A stretch of 64,000 nucleotides of DNA from an uncultured delta proteobacterium (lineage in GTDB: Bacteria; Myxococcota_A; Polyangia; Fen-1088), in contig CAVWIP010000011.1 in the NCBI GenBank assembly GCA_963755125.1, forward strand, positions 64,001 to 128,000, read 5' to 3'. The notes below the pieces were generated by a model that was not told where the DNA came from, ran no database searches, and saw nothing but the letters and a program-made list of their open reading frames with translations. The translations under genes and the position numbers were made by a program. Positions 51,954 to 62,349 of this stretch are shown piece by piece (position 1 is the first letter of the stretch; each line of letters starts with the position of its first letter).

Positions 51954-52730
51954 TCATTGCAAAGAAGGGCCAGCGGCCGTGCCCAGGACGGTCGGTAAGG
52001 AAAACAGTCTGCGGGCGAATGACGTGGGCGGGGCTTTGCGCACGTCGCCCAGCAAACCGCAAGCGACCACCTGACCCTTTTCAAGCACCGCCACGCGGCT
52101 GGCAAGGGCTTCGACATCGGTGGCGTCGTGGGTGACGAGAATGGTGGGCAAGCCGAGGGAACGAATGGACTCGGCCAGGAACGCGCGCACCTCGACGCGG
52201 GCCTCGACATCTAGCGAAGCCGTGGGCTCATCGAGCAGCAGCGCCTTGGGAGAGGAAGCCAGTGCCCGCGCGAGTGCGACCCGCTGCCGTTCACCGCCGG
52301 AAAGCTGCGATGGATTCCGCCCGGCCAGATTGCCGATTGCGAAACGCTCTAGCCACGTCATGGCCTCGTCGCGCCGTTGCTTTGCGCTGGCCCGCTGCGA
52401 ACGACACGCGAGCGCGAAGGCGACGTTATCGATGGCGGTGAGATGGGGAAACAGTCCAAAGTCCTGTGGCAGGTAGGCAAGGTGGCGATCTTCAGTGGGA
52501 AGATCGATGGCCAGAGCCGCATCGAAGAGAACCTCGTCGGACAGCACGATGCGGCCGCGCTCAGGCCTGCGCAGACCCAGGACGGTCAGCAGCAAGCTGG
52601 TCTTGCCCGACCCGTTCGGCCCGACCAGGGCCAGCAGCTCGGCACTAACCTCCAGTGAGGCTTGCAGCGAGAATGCTCCCAGTGTGGCTTGCACGGCGAT
52701 GGAGAGTCGAGGAACGGGATTTCCCGTCAT
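51954..52730 (-). CDS. modC: molybdate ABC transporter ATPase
   Basis: GPNGSGKT, LFPHL, LSGGERQRVALARAL, LLLDEP, VTHD. Confidence 0.9.
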   Translation of the reverse strand: MTGNPVPRLSIAVQATLGAFSLQASLEVSAELLALVGPNGSGKTSLLLTVLGLRRPERGRIVLSDEVLFDAALAIDLPTEDRHLAYLPQDFGLFPHLTAIDNVAFALACRSQRASAKQRRDEAMTWLERFAIGNLAGRNPSQLSGGERQRVALARALASSPKALLLDEPTASLDVEARVEVRAFLAESIRSLGLPTILVTHDATDVEALASRVAVLEKGQVVACGLLGDVRKAPPTSFARRLFSLPTVLGTAAGPSLQ

Positions 52731-53560
52731 GGCGTCGCCGCCCCACGCGCGGCTTCAAATCCGCGATTGAATCGCCGCAAGACGAGCAAGAGAGCAAAGG
52801 CGAACACGACCAACAAGAGCGACAAAGCCTGCGCGGTATGGATGTCGAGTTCCAGAGCGGTGTAAATCGCGAGCGGCAGGGTCTGCGTCTTTCCCGTCAT
52901 GTTCCCCGCGAACATCAACGTGGCACCAAATTCCCCCAGCGCGCGTGCCCAGCTCATGGCCGCCCCACCGATCAGCCAGGGGCGGGCGAGCGGTAGCGCC
53001 ACTCGAAAAAACAGGCGCGGCGGCGAGGCGCCCAGGCTTCGCGCCACGGCCAGCAAATTGGGATCCAACCGGCCAAAGGCCTGCACCGCGGCCTGCAGGA
53101 AGAACGGTGCCGAAACAAAGACCTGCGCCATGATCACTGCGACCACGCTGAAAGCAGGCGTCCAGCCCAGGCGTTCGAGGATTCCACCGAAGAGTCCGCG
53201 TCGCCCGAAGGCGAGGAGCAGCGCAATGCCGCCCACTGCGGGCGGAATCACCACGGGAAGCTGCAACAGGATCTCCAGCCAGCGCGCCGAACGCCAGCGC
53301 GAACGCGCCAGCCACCAGGCGAGAGGTGTGCCACCCACGACCACCAACACAACCGAGATCAGAGTCGTTCCAAGGCTCAGGCGCAGCGCGGGCCAGGTCA
53401 AGGAACAGCCGAGACCACGCCAGATGGTTTCGGGCCCACCGTCGAGAACCAGGGCCACGAAGGGCAGTACGATGAAGAGCAACAAGAGGCCGCCCATGCC
53501 CAGCATGACCGCGCTGTACAGGCGACGACTTCTCGCCCGAGACAGAACCGTTTGGCTCAC
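52727..53560 (-). CDS. modB: molybdate ABC transporter permease
   Basis: LPVVIPPAVGG.ALL, WARALGEFGATLMFAGN..GKTQTLPLAIY. Confidence 0.93.
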   Translation of the reverse strand: MSQTVLSRARSRRLYSAVMLGMGGLLLLFIVLPFVALVLDGGPETIWRGLGCSLTWPALRLSLGTTLISVVLVVVGGTPLAWWLARSRWRSARWLEILLQLPVVIPPAVGGIALLLAFGRRGLFGGILERLGWTPAFSVVAVIMAQVFVSAPFFLQAAVQAFGRLDPNLLAVARSLGASPPRLFFRVALPLARPWLIGGAAMSWARALGEFGATLMFAGNMTGKTQTLPLAIYTALELDIHTAQALSLLLVVFAFALLLVLRRFNRGFEAARGAATP

Positions 53561-54360
53561 TTCTTCCCTTGTTGCTCGACCTGGTTGAAGCCGGCCTCGA
53601 CCAACGCCTCTTGCCCTTCCTTGGACAGGACAAGTTTCACAAATGCGCGCGCCAGATCGGGATGAGGCGCGGCCTTCAAGACAGCGATCGGGTACTCGGC
53701 CACGATGTTGATCTGCTTGGGAATCTCGATGATCTGGACCTTGTCGGGCATGGTCAACGCGTCGGTCTTGTACACGATACCGGCGTCGGCTTCACCCAAC
53801 GCAACCTTGGTCAATACCTGCCGCACGTTCAGCTCGCGCGAGCGCACTCGCGCAAGGATCTGTTCGTGGAGGGACTTGCCGTAGAGCTTCTCAGACGCCG
53901 CAAAGATGGCCTCGGTGTAGGCCCCGATCGGCACCTCGGCCGCACCCACCACCAGGTGTGTGGTCTTGGGCAGATCCGCGAAGCTGCGCAATTTGGCCGG
54001 GTTGTTCTTGGGCACGACCACGACTGGCAGATTGCGAGCGAAGACCACTGGCTCGACAACCACCTCTCTATCTGCCAGCAGCTTCATGTGCTTCCAGTCT
54101 GCCGAGGCAAACACGTCGACCTTGGCACCCTGTTCAATCTGCACGCGCAAATCCTGGCTGCCTGCGAAGTTGAAACGAACCTTCGAGTTTGGGTGGCGCT
54201 TCCCGAAAGTCAGCGCGACGTTCTGCAAAACCTCGTGCAGCGACGCGGCCGCATACACCACGACCTCCTGCGCCTCGCCGTCACTCGCCCGAATTGTAGA
54301 AAGTGGCGCAATCGAACAGGCGCCAACCAGGGCTATGACAGCGAATTCGCGACGATTCAT
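53557..54360 (-). CDS. modA: molybdate ABC transporter substrate-binding protein
   Basis: VYAAASL, FAGS..L..QIEQGA..DVFASA, VPIG.Y, GEADAGIVYKTD, YPIA. Confidence 0.93.
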   Translation of the reverse strand: MNRREFAVIALVGACSIAPLSTIRASDGEAQEVVVYAAASLHEVLQNVALTFGKRHPNSKVRFNFAGSQDLRVQIEQGAKVDVFASADWKHMKLLADREVVVEPVVFARNLPVVVVPKNNPAKLRSFADLPKTTHLVVGAAEVPIGAYTEAIFAASEKLYGKSLHEQILARVRSRELNVRQVLTKVALGEADAGIVYKTDALTMPDKVQIIEIPKQINIVAEYPIAVLKAAPHPDLARAFVKLVLSKEGQEALVEAGFNQVEQQGKK

Positions 54361-54366
54361 GCACAC

Positions 54367-54618
54367 CTACTTGGTCTTTGATTGAAGCACTTGGAGGAAC
54401 TGCGTTGCCACTGAAGCTGCCGAAGCCTGGTCGGCATACCCGGTCAATTGCACTTCGAAATACGACGCATTGAAATGGGCGTAAGCAGTGATGCCGCCCA
54501 GTACCGAAACCCCGATCGCGGCCGACACATCAAACTGCGGAATCGGAACAGCGGCCGAATTGAGTCCCTGCTCATACGTGAACATCGACGTGGCGTTGGC
54601 AGCTGTGCCGAAGTCCAT
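54367..54618 (-). CDS. short hypothetical ORF or C-terminal remnant of an unrelated gene
   Basis: 83-aa protein-like sequence MDFGTAANA...YFEVQLTGY...FLQVLQSKTK whose stop abuts modA. Confidence 0.4.
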   Translation of the reverse strand: MDFGTAANATSMFTYEQGLNSAAVPIPQFDVSAAIGVSVLGGITAYAHFNASYFEVQLTGYADQASAASVATQFLQVLQSKTK

Positions 54619-54632
54619 GATGCTATCCAAAG

Positions 54633-54678
54633 TATTTGACGTTCCGGCCTTGCGCAAGCATATTTGACGTGATGTCAA
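54633..54678. promoter_or_regulatory. candidate operator for the molybdate regulator
   Basis: TATTTGACGT direct repeat at 54633 and 54661; palindrome TTGAC-N5-GTCAA at 54664-54678. Confidence 0.5.
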
Positions 54679-55853
54679 GCAAACCTGACACGGCGAAAAC
54701 GGGCAAGTCGCCCACGATTCGCAGCTCGCTGAAGGAGTTTCGCCTGGCTCGCGGGCTGAGCCAGCTTGAGCTGGCGAGCAAGATCGGCCTGTCGCGGCAG
54801 AGCCTGTGCGCGTTGGAGGGCGGCCATGTGGTCCCAGGGACGGACGTCGCACTCCGCCTCGCCCTGGTTCTCGGCTGTCGGATCGAGTCCTTGTTTTGTC
54901 TCAACCTTCCGCCGACTTCGCTGCAGGCGACTATCGCGGCCGCGCCCTCGGCGCTCGAGTCAAGCGGCCCACGTGTCTCACTGGCTGAGATCGACGGGCG
55001 GTGGGTCGCGCATCCCATCGATCCGCGGCGCAGCGAGTCCCTTTTCCGTGCTGCCGATGGCCTGGTGGTTCCTTGGCCGCGGCCGCGCGGCAGCGCACGA
55101 ACAGTTTGCATCGAGCCGCTGGGAGACATTGAGACTGTCCGCCGGCGGCTGGTGGTCATGGGCTGTGCGCCAGCGCTGGGGATGCTCGCCGCAAGGCTCG
55201 GTCAGGAGCCGGCAGGGATCCATATCTCGTGGGTGCAGGGCTCGAGCATGGCGGCGCTCGATGCTCTCGCGAGAGGCGAGGTACACATCGCCGGCCTTCA
55301 CCTGTGCGACGAGGCGACCCATGAATTCAACGTCCCGTTCGTTCGACGCGCGCTTCCAGGCCGCGCGATGCTTTTCGTCAACTTCGCCTCGTGGGAGCAG
55401 GGAATCGTCGTTCGTGCTGGCAATCCGCTCGGGGTCCGGGGCGCGGAAGATCTCGTGAATCCAAGAATCCGTCTGGTCCAGCGTGAGCCAGGTGCGGGAG
55501 CGCACAAGCTGCTCGAACAAGCGCTCAGAGCCAAGCGGGTGCCATTGGGGACTGTGCGCGGTCGGGGAGGCGTGGCCCTCGGACATATGGAAGTCGCTCA
55601 GGCGATCGCCATGGGCGCAGCCGACGCGGGAATCGCTATTCGGGGCGCTGCGGCTGCCTTCGGGCTGGGATTCGTTCCGCTCGCGGTGGAGCGTTTCGAT
55701 CTGGTGATTCCTCGTGTACTGGCAACCGATCCGAGGGTCGAGCGTCTAGTGGACGCGCTGGGGAGCACGACCTTCCGGCGCGAACTGGACACCGTGGGCG
55801 GGTACATCACGCACGAGTCAGGGCAGCAGGTCGGTGAGACCCGCGCCCGTTGA
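54672..55853 (+). CDS. XRE-HTH + PBP (molybdate-binding) transcriptional regulator
   Basis: RLARGLSQLELA..GLSRQSL..LE; GSSMAAL..L.RGEVHIAG.H; QREPGAG; ERFDLV. Confidence 0.88.
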   Translation: MSSKPDTAKTGKSPTIRSSLKEFRLARGLSQLELASKIGLSRQSLCALEGGHVVPGTDVALRLALVLGCRIESLFCLNLPPTSLQATIAAAPSALESSGPRVSLAEIDGRWVAHPIDPRRSESLFRAADGLVVPWPRPRGSARTVCIEPLGDIETVRRRLVVMGCAPALGMLAARLGQEPAGIHISWVQGSSMAALDALARGEVHIAGLHLCDEATHEFNVPFVRRALPGRAMLFVNFASWEQGIVVRAGNPLGVRGAEDLVNPRIRLVQREPGAGAHKLLEQALRAKRVPLGTVRGRGGVALGHMEVAQAIAMGAADAGIAIRGAAAAFGLGFVPLAVERFDLVIPRVLATDPRVERLVDALGSTTFRRELDTVGGYITHESGQQVGETRAR

Positions 55854-55968
55854 AGGGCCGCCGCGGACGCCACCACAGAAATGGTCACCGGCAGCTACGC
55901 CCCAACATCCAATGCTGATAGGAGTAGGGGCAGAGTCGACAACCACTTGCAGGAGAGGGGAGCTCAGC

Positions 55969-56172
55969 ATGAACCTCAGCGCGCGAAATCAGCTCAAGGG
56001 GACCATCAAGAGCATCAAGAAGGGAGACCTCATGGCCGAGGTGGTCGTCGAGATTAGCGGTCAGGATCTCGTGTCGGTCATCACCGCAAGCTCGGCGGAC
56101 CGTCTGGGCCTCAAGACGGGCGATGCGATCGCCGCGGTCATCAAGGCCACCGAAGTGATGATCGCGAAGTAG
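55969..56172 (+). CDS. mop: molbindin (Mop/TOBE) protein
   Basis: LSARNQLKG.I..I.KG..MAEV...LVSVIT..S..RLGL..GD...A.IKATEV. Confidence 0.93.
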   Translation: MNLSARNQLKGTIKSIKKGDLMAEVVVEISGQDLVSVITASSADRLGLKTGDAIAAVIKATEVMIAK

Positions 56173-56285
56173 CCCGCCGGGCGAGCGCCAGCGTTTCGCG
56201 AAACAGCAGATCCTCGGTTTGCCTCCGGCGGGATGAGCGGAGCCGCAGCCCGAGAGGTTTCGATGTACTATCTCTCGCTCCATTC

Positions 56286-57896
56286 ATGAGCACCGATCTC
56301 TCCCAACTTGGCACCTGGAATCCCGGCGGGGAGCCGGCGTGTTTCGACGAAGGCGCGCTGGCTGCCGCCGTAGCGCGCGTGCGCGAGCCTGCGCATGTCG
56401 TGCGCGAGGGATCGCGTGGCCGGCTGGGCGTGGGCTTTGGGGGGCGGGTTTCACCCGACGGCGTGGGCTATCCCCTGCTCGGCACTCTGCCGGGGCTCTA
56501 TCCCGAATGGCTCGGGGATCGTTCGTTCTGCGAAACCCATGGCGTGCGCTTCCCCTACGTGGTGGGCGAGATGGCGCGCGGGATCACCACCGCGCGCATG
56601 GTGATCGCCATGGCGCGCGCGGGAATGATGGGGTTTTTCGGCGCGGGCGGGCTTGCCCCGGCCCAGGTGGGCAAGGCTCTCGATGAGATCGAGGCCGCGC
56701 TTGGCAAGGACGGGCCAGCCTGGGGCGCCAACCTGATCCATTCGCCGCACAGCCCTGATCTGGAAAACGTGATCGCCGATCTCTATCTTTCCCACGGCGT
56801 CCGTCGCCTCTGCGTCTCGGCTTTCATGGGACTGACGCCCGCGGTGGTTCTGTGTGCGGCCAGGGGACTGCACCGCGATCCCCAGGGTCGCATCCAGCGC
56901 CGCCAGCACATCTTCGCCAAGCTGTCGCGGCCCGAGGTGGCCGAGCCGTTCATGAGCCCAGCGCCGCCCGCGCTGCTGGACCCTCTCGTACGCGCGGGCA
57001 AGCTCACCACCGAGGAAGCCACCCTGGCCGCGCATGTCCCGGTGGCTGAAGACATCACGGCCGAGGCCGATTCGGGCGGGCACACCGACAACCGGCCGCT
57101 CGCGGCTTTGCTCCCGGTGCTGCTCACCCTGCGCGATCGGTTACGGCAGCAGCATCGCTACCCTCGCCCCATCCGCGTGGGCGCGGCTGGCGGTTTGGGC
57201 ACGCCCGCCGCAGTGGCCGCGGCCTTTTCTCTCGGCGCCGCCTATGTGGTCACTGGCTCGGTCAACCAGGCCGCGGTCGAGTCGGGCCTGGCCGAGGATG
57301 GAAAGCGCATGCTCGCGGAAGCGGGCCTGGCCGACGTGATGATGGCCCCTTGCGCGGACATGTTCGAGCTGGGGGTCAGGGTGCAGGTCCTGCGCCGCGG
57401 AACCATGTACGGCGGCCGCGCGCAGCGCTTGTACGATCTCTATCGTTCCTACGACAGCCTGGAGGCGCTGCCGGCAGAAATGCGCCAGCGTATGGAGAGC
57501 GAGATTCTGGGCGCGAGTTGCGACGAGGTTTGGTCCGAGGTGCGGCACTTCTTCGAGACGCGCGACCCGCGCGAACTGGAGCGAGCGCAGCGCGAACCCA
57601 AGCACCGCATGGCCCTGGTGTTTCGCTGGTACCTGGGCATGGCCAGCAAGTGGCCGGTGGTGGGCGAGTCGCGCCGGCGGCTCGACTACCAGATCTGGTG
57701 CGGCCCGGCCATGGGCGCGTTCAACGATTGGGTGCGCGGATCATTTCTGGAGGCGCAAGCGAATCGCAGCGTGGTGCAGATCGCGCTCAATCTCCTGGAA
57801 GGCGCGGCGGTCATCACGCGCGCCCAGCAACTGCGCACGATTGGCGTTGCGATGCCGGCCGCGGCGTTCAGCTTCACGCCCCGATTGCTGGGTTGA
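56286..57896 (+). CDS. pfaD: PfaD-family FMN-dependent trans enoyl reductase
   Basis: YVVGEMARGI, ANLIH, VSAFM, AKLSRPEVA, EADSGGHTDNR, GAAGGLGTP, DYQIWCGPAMG. Confidence 0.93.
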   Translation: MSTDLSQLGTWNPGGEPACFDEGALAAAVARVREPAHVVREGSRGRLGVGFGGRVSPDGVGYPLLGTLPGLYPEWLGDRSFCETHGVRFPYVVGEMARGITTARMVIAMARAGMMGFFGAGGLAPAQVGKALDEIEAALGKDGPAWGANLIHSPHSPDLENVIADLYLSHGVRRLCVSAFMGLTPAVVLCAARGLHRDPQGRIQRRQHIFAKLSRPEVAEPFMSPAPPALLDPLVRAGKLTTEEATLAAHVPVAEDITAEADSGGHTDNRPLAALLPVLLTLRDRLRQQHRYPRPIRVGAAGGLGTPAAVAAAFSLGAAYVVTGSVNQAAVESGLAEDGKRMLAEAGLADVMMAPCADMFELGVRVQVLRRGTMYGGRAQRLYDLYRSYDSLEALPAEMRQRMESEILGASCDEVWSEVRHFFETRDPRELERAQREPKHRMALVFRWYLGMASKWPVVGESRRRLDYQIWCGPAMGAFNDWVRGSFLEAQANRSVVQIALNLLEGAAVITRAQQLRTIGVAMPAAAFSFTPRLLG

Positions 57897-57909
57897 CCAC
57901 CGCTGTTTC

Positions 57910-58578
57910 ATGACACCGCCGACGCGCATCGTGCACAACGCCGACGCCATCGCGTGGCTACAGGCACAGGGCAAGCTGGCGGGCGCGAGCGTGATAACGT
58001 CGCTGCCAGATGTTTCAGAGCTGCCGCGCCTGGGGTTGGACGGCTGGCGGTGCTGGTTTGAAGACGCGGCTGTCCTGGTGATGACGTGTACGCCAGACGA
58101 AGGCGCAGCCATCTTCTTCCAGAGCGACATCAAGCGCGGCGGTTTGTGGCTCGACAAAGGAGCCCTGGTCAGCCGTGCCGCCGAGCGCGCGGGCATGAGC
58201 CAGCTGTTTCACAAGATCGTCTGTCGCAAGCCGCCCGGCACTTCCAGCTTCGGCCGGGCGACCTACGCGCACATGCTGGGCTTTGCCCGTGGACTACCCT
58301 GCGGCCAGAGACAGGCGCGCATCGACGTGTTGCCCGACGGAGGTTTTCAGCCCGGCCCGAAGTCGATGGGCGTCCACGCTTGTCTCGACGCCTGCCGCTT
58401 CGTCCAGGCCGAGACCACCACGCGCACTGTGGTCGATCCCTTCTGCGGCTGGGGCACAGTCCTGGCCGTGGCCAATGCCCTGGGCCTAGACGCCGTGGGC
58501 GTGGACATCGCGCCGCGCATGTGCGGCCGGGCGCGCAAGTTGCGGCTCGAACTGGAGACCGGTCAAATGACTTCGTGA
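57910..58578 (+). CDS. SAM-dependent methyltransferase (N4/N6 MTase-like fold)
   Basis: ADAIAWL, VITSLPD, C-terminal VVDPFCGWGT..AVANALG..AVGVDI. Confidence 0.8.
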   Translation: MTPPTRIVHNADAIAWLQAQGKLAGASVITSLPDVSELPRLGLDGWRCWFEDAAVLVMTCTPDEGAAIFFQSDIKRGGLWLDKGALVSRAAERAGMSQLFHKIVCRKPPGTSSFGRATYAHMLGFARGLPCGQRQARIDVLPDGGFQPGPKSMGVHACLDACRFVQAETTTRTVVDPFCGWGTVLAVANALGLDAVGVDIAPRMCGRARKLRLELETGQMTS

Positions 58579-58644
58579 CCGCCCAACCTTGACGAACCCA
58601 GTTGCGGTATCACAAGCAAATGCACTCGGGCCTACGGTGAGGGT

Positions 58645-59997
58645 GGGTGGTCTCGAACGCGTTCCCGTTTTGTACCCGACGATGCGATTCCTGCCGGCGA
58701 CGAAACGGATCGCCTATTCCGATGGGGCTGCAAGACTTATCGCGACCTATTCAGCAGCCGGCAACTCCTGGGGTTGGAGTTCATCTGTCGGCAGGTCGCG
58801 ACGCAGACGGACTGTCGAATTCGCAAGGCGCTCGCCACCAATCTGTCGGATCTCCTTCGCTATCAGAACATGTTGTGCCGCTACGACACGATGGCGTTGA
58901 AGTCGCTCGACGTGTTCTCTGTTCACGGTTTCCCTATCGGATTTGTTCATGCCGAATCGAATCTCCTCGGCATCAGGGGCAGCGGAACCAGCACTGTCGT
59001 GGGTAGCGGGGGCTGGTTGAACATCACGGACAAGTACGGGAAGGCCAAGGCCTACTGTGAGAAACCCTTCGAGATCCGACACCGAGGGGCCGCTAAGGTG
59101 GTCGTCCCCATCCCCGGGGAGCACATCGGGTCAGCTCGCTCCCACGAACGTGGGGCTGCCATGCAGCGCAAGATTGCGCTCCACTGCGAAAATGCTGAGT
59201 CATGCAAACTGGGCGACGCAACTATCGACGCCGTGTTCACGGATCCGCCCTATCTGGGAAACGTCCAGTACGCGGAGCTGATGGACTTCTGCTACGTTTG
59301 GCTACGAAAGCTCGTAGGCCCGGAACACGCGGCTTTCAAGGGTGCGTCGACCAGGAACGAAAACGAGCTGACGGGAAACGCCAACATGGGACGCGGATTG
59401 GAGCAGTTCGCGACGGGTCTGTCCCGCATCTTTCGCCGCATGGGCAAGGCTCTGAAGCCCGGCGCTTCCCTTGCGTTCACGTTCCACCACAACTTCATCG
59501 AGGCGTATCACGCTGTTGCAGTGGCAGTTCTCGACTCCGGGCTCGCTTGCACGGCGAGCATCCCTTGCCCTGCGGAAATGGGCGCCTCGATTCACATTAG
59601 CGGAACCGGCTCCTCAATCGTCGACACGGTGTTGGTGTGCAGAAGCACTGGCACGGTGCCTCGACGGTCGATCTGTGATTCCCCAGAAAGTGTGGCGGAG
59701 TTGGTGCGGCGCGATCTCGACCTGCTCGTGCGTGGCCACGTGGAAGCGACCAAAGGCGACATTCGGTGCATAGCCGCAGGTCATCTAACCCGACTCGCCA
59801 TTTGGTTCAATCGCAAGACTTGGGATCGAACTTTGCCGGCTCGGGAACGTCTTTCGCGCGTGGCCGCGTGGATCGCAACTCTGGGGGGAATGGACGCAGT
59901 TACGCGGGCGCTTGAAAGCGACTACGCTGGCGCCGCGCATCTCCAGCGCCACCAGGCATGTGAACCAGAGGGCACCTATGCACAAGTATCCTTTTGA
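58645..59997 (+). pseudogene. 5'-truncated adenine-specific DNA methyltransferase (COG1743/DUF1156-like)
   Basis: In-frame FVPDDAIPAGDETDRLFRWG..YRDLFSSRQLL lies upstream of the first start codon; FTDPPY.GNVQYAEL.DF.YVWLR; FTFHH; no SAM-binding motif I. Confidence 0.75.
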
Positions 59998-60190
59998 AGT
60001 TGGCTTCGACCGGATCCGATTGATCGACTGTACACATCTCAGAGATTTTCGATCGAGGCGGAAGTAGGTCGCCAACGCCTTACGTGGAAGACGCCCGGCT
60101 GCTGCCATAGGCGCATGCAACCTGCCGCCAGCACGGGAGTCGTCATGGCCATGCGCGTTTGATGTAATATCGGTCCTCTCAACCCCCGCG

Positions 60191-61555
60191 ATGCGATTCT
60201 TCGATGGCGAGAGCGGCCCCGCGAATCCCGGTGAACCCGGGGCGCAGACCAACGTCGGGCCGACCTTCCTTCGGCAGCGGCGCGTGCTGTTGCTCATGGC
60301 CCTGCTGGGCCTCGTCGTCTGCACCGACCTCGTCCGATACATGGACCCCATTGGCGAGAAGCACTTTCCCCTGCTGGAGCCGGGTGCGGCGGACTTCTCG
60401 GTCATCTTCGACGGCACCCGGGTCTTTCTCGACGGCCACAATCCCTACTACTACCGCGACGCCGGCTCCCTGGATCCCTGGCGGCGGGGCGACATCATTG
60501 GCGGTCGCTGGTTTCGGGTCTCGTATCAGCCGTCGCACTTTCTCATCTACATTCCCGTGGCGCTCATCACCACCGACAACCGGGAGGCGGGACGGCTCAT
60601 GTTCACGATCTCGGTGGCGCTCTACTTCCTCATCGCCGTCATGACCTGGCGGCTCGTGCTGCGGGTCGCGCAACCTGCGGGCGAGACGCGCAGCTTGGCC
60701 TTGCTGCTCTTGCCCGTGCTTGCCGTGATCATCCTGGCCAACGTCGGCACGGCCCTGTCTCTTGCGCGTTGTCAGAGCGACGTCATCAACGCCACCATGT
60801 GCTGGGCCGCCGTGTTGCTATTCCTGCGCGGGCAGCGATTCTGGCCCATGTTCCTGGTCACCACCGCCATCTCGATGAAGGGCTATCCGGCCATTCTCGG
60901 GACAGGGTTGTTCCTGCTGGGATTGCGCCGGGGCGGTTGGCGAGCGGAGATCGGCGGCGTCCTGTCGGCGATGGTGCTGTGGCTGGGGCCGGTTTTGCCC
61001 TACCTGCACGACGGCGCCATCGCGGCTCTCAGCCACGCGATGGGGTTCTTCACCGATTATTGGTTCAATCAGTCATTCGCAAACGTCTTCTATCACCTCG
61101 CGCCCGGGCTGACGGACTTCGGTGTAAAGGCCGTCAGCGCCTTCAACCTGTGTGTGAGCGCGGGGTGCTGGTGGCACGCCCAGCGTGCTCTGCGCCGCGG
61201 CGACGCCCCCGCGACGACTGTCTGGCTGTGCATGTTCGCCACCGCCGCGCTGACCACGATGATCGGCGCGTCGAGACTGAGCTTCATCTACAACCAGATC
61301 CTCATCCTGCCCGGCGTCCTGCTGCTGTTCGTGGTCGGGGATTCGTTCTGGCGCCATTGCGGTTTCGCCGAACGGACGATGCGCTGGCTCTTCGCCTGCG
61401 AGGCGCTGATGGGGTTCCTCGTGCTGAAGTACGTTTGGCCGCCATTGCAGTTCCCGCTCGCGGGTGTGGGGAACCTGGTCCTCGTGCTTCTCATCGCCAC
61501 TGGTGTGGTGGGTCGCCTGCTTCGGCGGCAAGGCGAAAACCCCGCCCAGTCCTGA
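60191..61555 (+). CDS. GT87/DUF2029-like membrane glycosyltransferase
   Basis: ADFSVIF....FLDGHNPY, YQP, QSD, MKGYP, NQS; multi-TM. Confidence 0.75.
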   Translation: MRFFDGESGPANPGEPGAQTNVGPTFLRQRRVLLLMALLGLVVCTDLVRYMDPIGEKHFPLLEPGAADFSVIFDGTRVFLDGHNPYYYRDAGSLDPWRRGDIIGGRWFRVSYQPSHFLIYIPVALITTDNREAGRLMFTISVALYFLIAVMTWRLVLRVAQPAGETRSLALLLLPVLAVIILANVGTALSLARCQSDVINATMCWAAVLLFLRGQRFWPMFLVTTAISMKGYPAILGTGLFLLGLRRGGWRAEIGGVLSAMVLWLGPVLPYLHDGAIAALSHAMGFFTDYWFNQSFANVFYHLAPGLTDFGVKAVSAFNLCVSAGCWWHAQRALRRGDAPATTVWLCMFATAALTTMIGASRLSFIYNQILILPGVLLLFVVGDSFWRHCGFAERTMRWLFACEALMGFLVLKYVWPPLQFPLAGVGNLVLVLLIATGVVGRLLRRQGENPAQS

Positions 61556-61650
61556 ACCGGCACAGCCGGAAAGCGCAGCGGTGATCGCCAACATCGTGCC
61601 GGATGCCAACGCAAGGTTTCGCACGTCTGCCCTGCCCTTCCCCGGAGTGA

Positions 61651-62094
61651 CTAGTCAGCGCCGGCTCGCTCAAGGATCCCGCGGATGGCCTCAGCGTGCG
61701 CCTCTTCCTGCTTGCCGACCAGTTGGAAGAACGCGGACGCGTCTCCGGTGCACGAGCTGGCCAGAGCGTCGTAGTAGAGGATAGCGCTGTTCTCGGCCTC
61801 GATGGCAAACTCGAGCGCCTGCTGCATGTCCATGCCGGCGGCCTCGGCTCCCGCGGGTGAGATCTCGATGGCATTCACCAGCGTATCCGCTCGCTCGGGC
61901 AAATCGCCCTGCACGAGAGCGGCGGCCATGTCCTGCAGACGCATGGCGTGCCCCTGCTCCTGCGCGGCAATGTCGACCAGAGTGCGCCGGACATCCTCGC
62001 TGCCCGCGGACTCCGCCATGCTCAGGTAAAATTCTTCGGCCGCCTGCTCGGCTGCGATGGCGTTGCGGATTGCCTGGGCCAGCGTGATTGCCAT
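61651..62094 (-). CDS. ferritin-like/rubrerythrin family protein
   Basis: AIAAE....FY...IAAQEQGH and ALEFAIEAE....YY...GKQEEAH di-iron motifs. Confidence 0.88.
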   Translation of the reverse strand: MAITLAQAIRNAIAAEQAAEEFYLSMAESAGSEDVRRTLVDIAAQEQGHAMRLQDMAAALVQGDLPERADTLVNAIEISPAGAEAAGMDMQQALEFAIEAENSAILYYDALASSCTGDASAFFQLVGKQEEAHAEAIRGILERAGAD

Positions 62095-62349
62095 GCACGT
62101 CCTTTCCCCGGCTATGGTATCACGGTCGCCAGAGGCACGGCGGGGCCTGTGTACGCACACCATTGGGCTGGCATCCTCTCGGTCGTATTGTAGTGGTCTT
62201 CCTTGCCGCCGGGCGCGTGGTGAATCTGGCCTGTGCTAGTATCGCCCAATGCGCTCGTTGACTGCCGCACCTCTGGCCTGTTCGTTTCAACGAGACTATT
62301 TGTTAAATGGCCCCGGCAAATCTTTCTTCCGGGCATAGCGGCGTCCGCG

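Noticed and set aside
55854..55968. Moco/tungsten riboswitch upstream of mop
   Set aside because: No recognisable conserved motif by eye; would need an Rfam scan.
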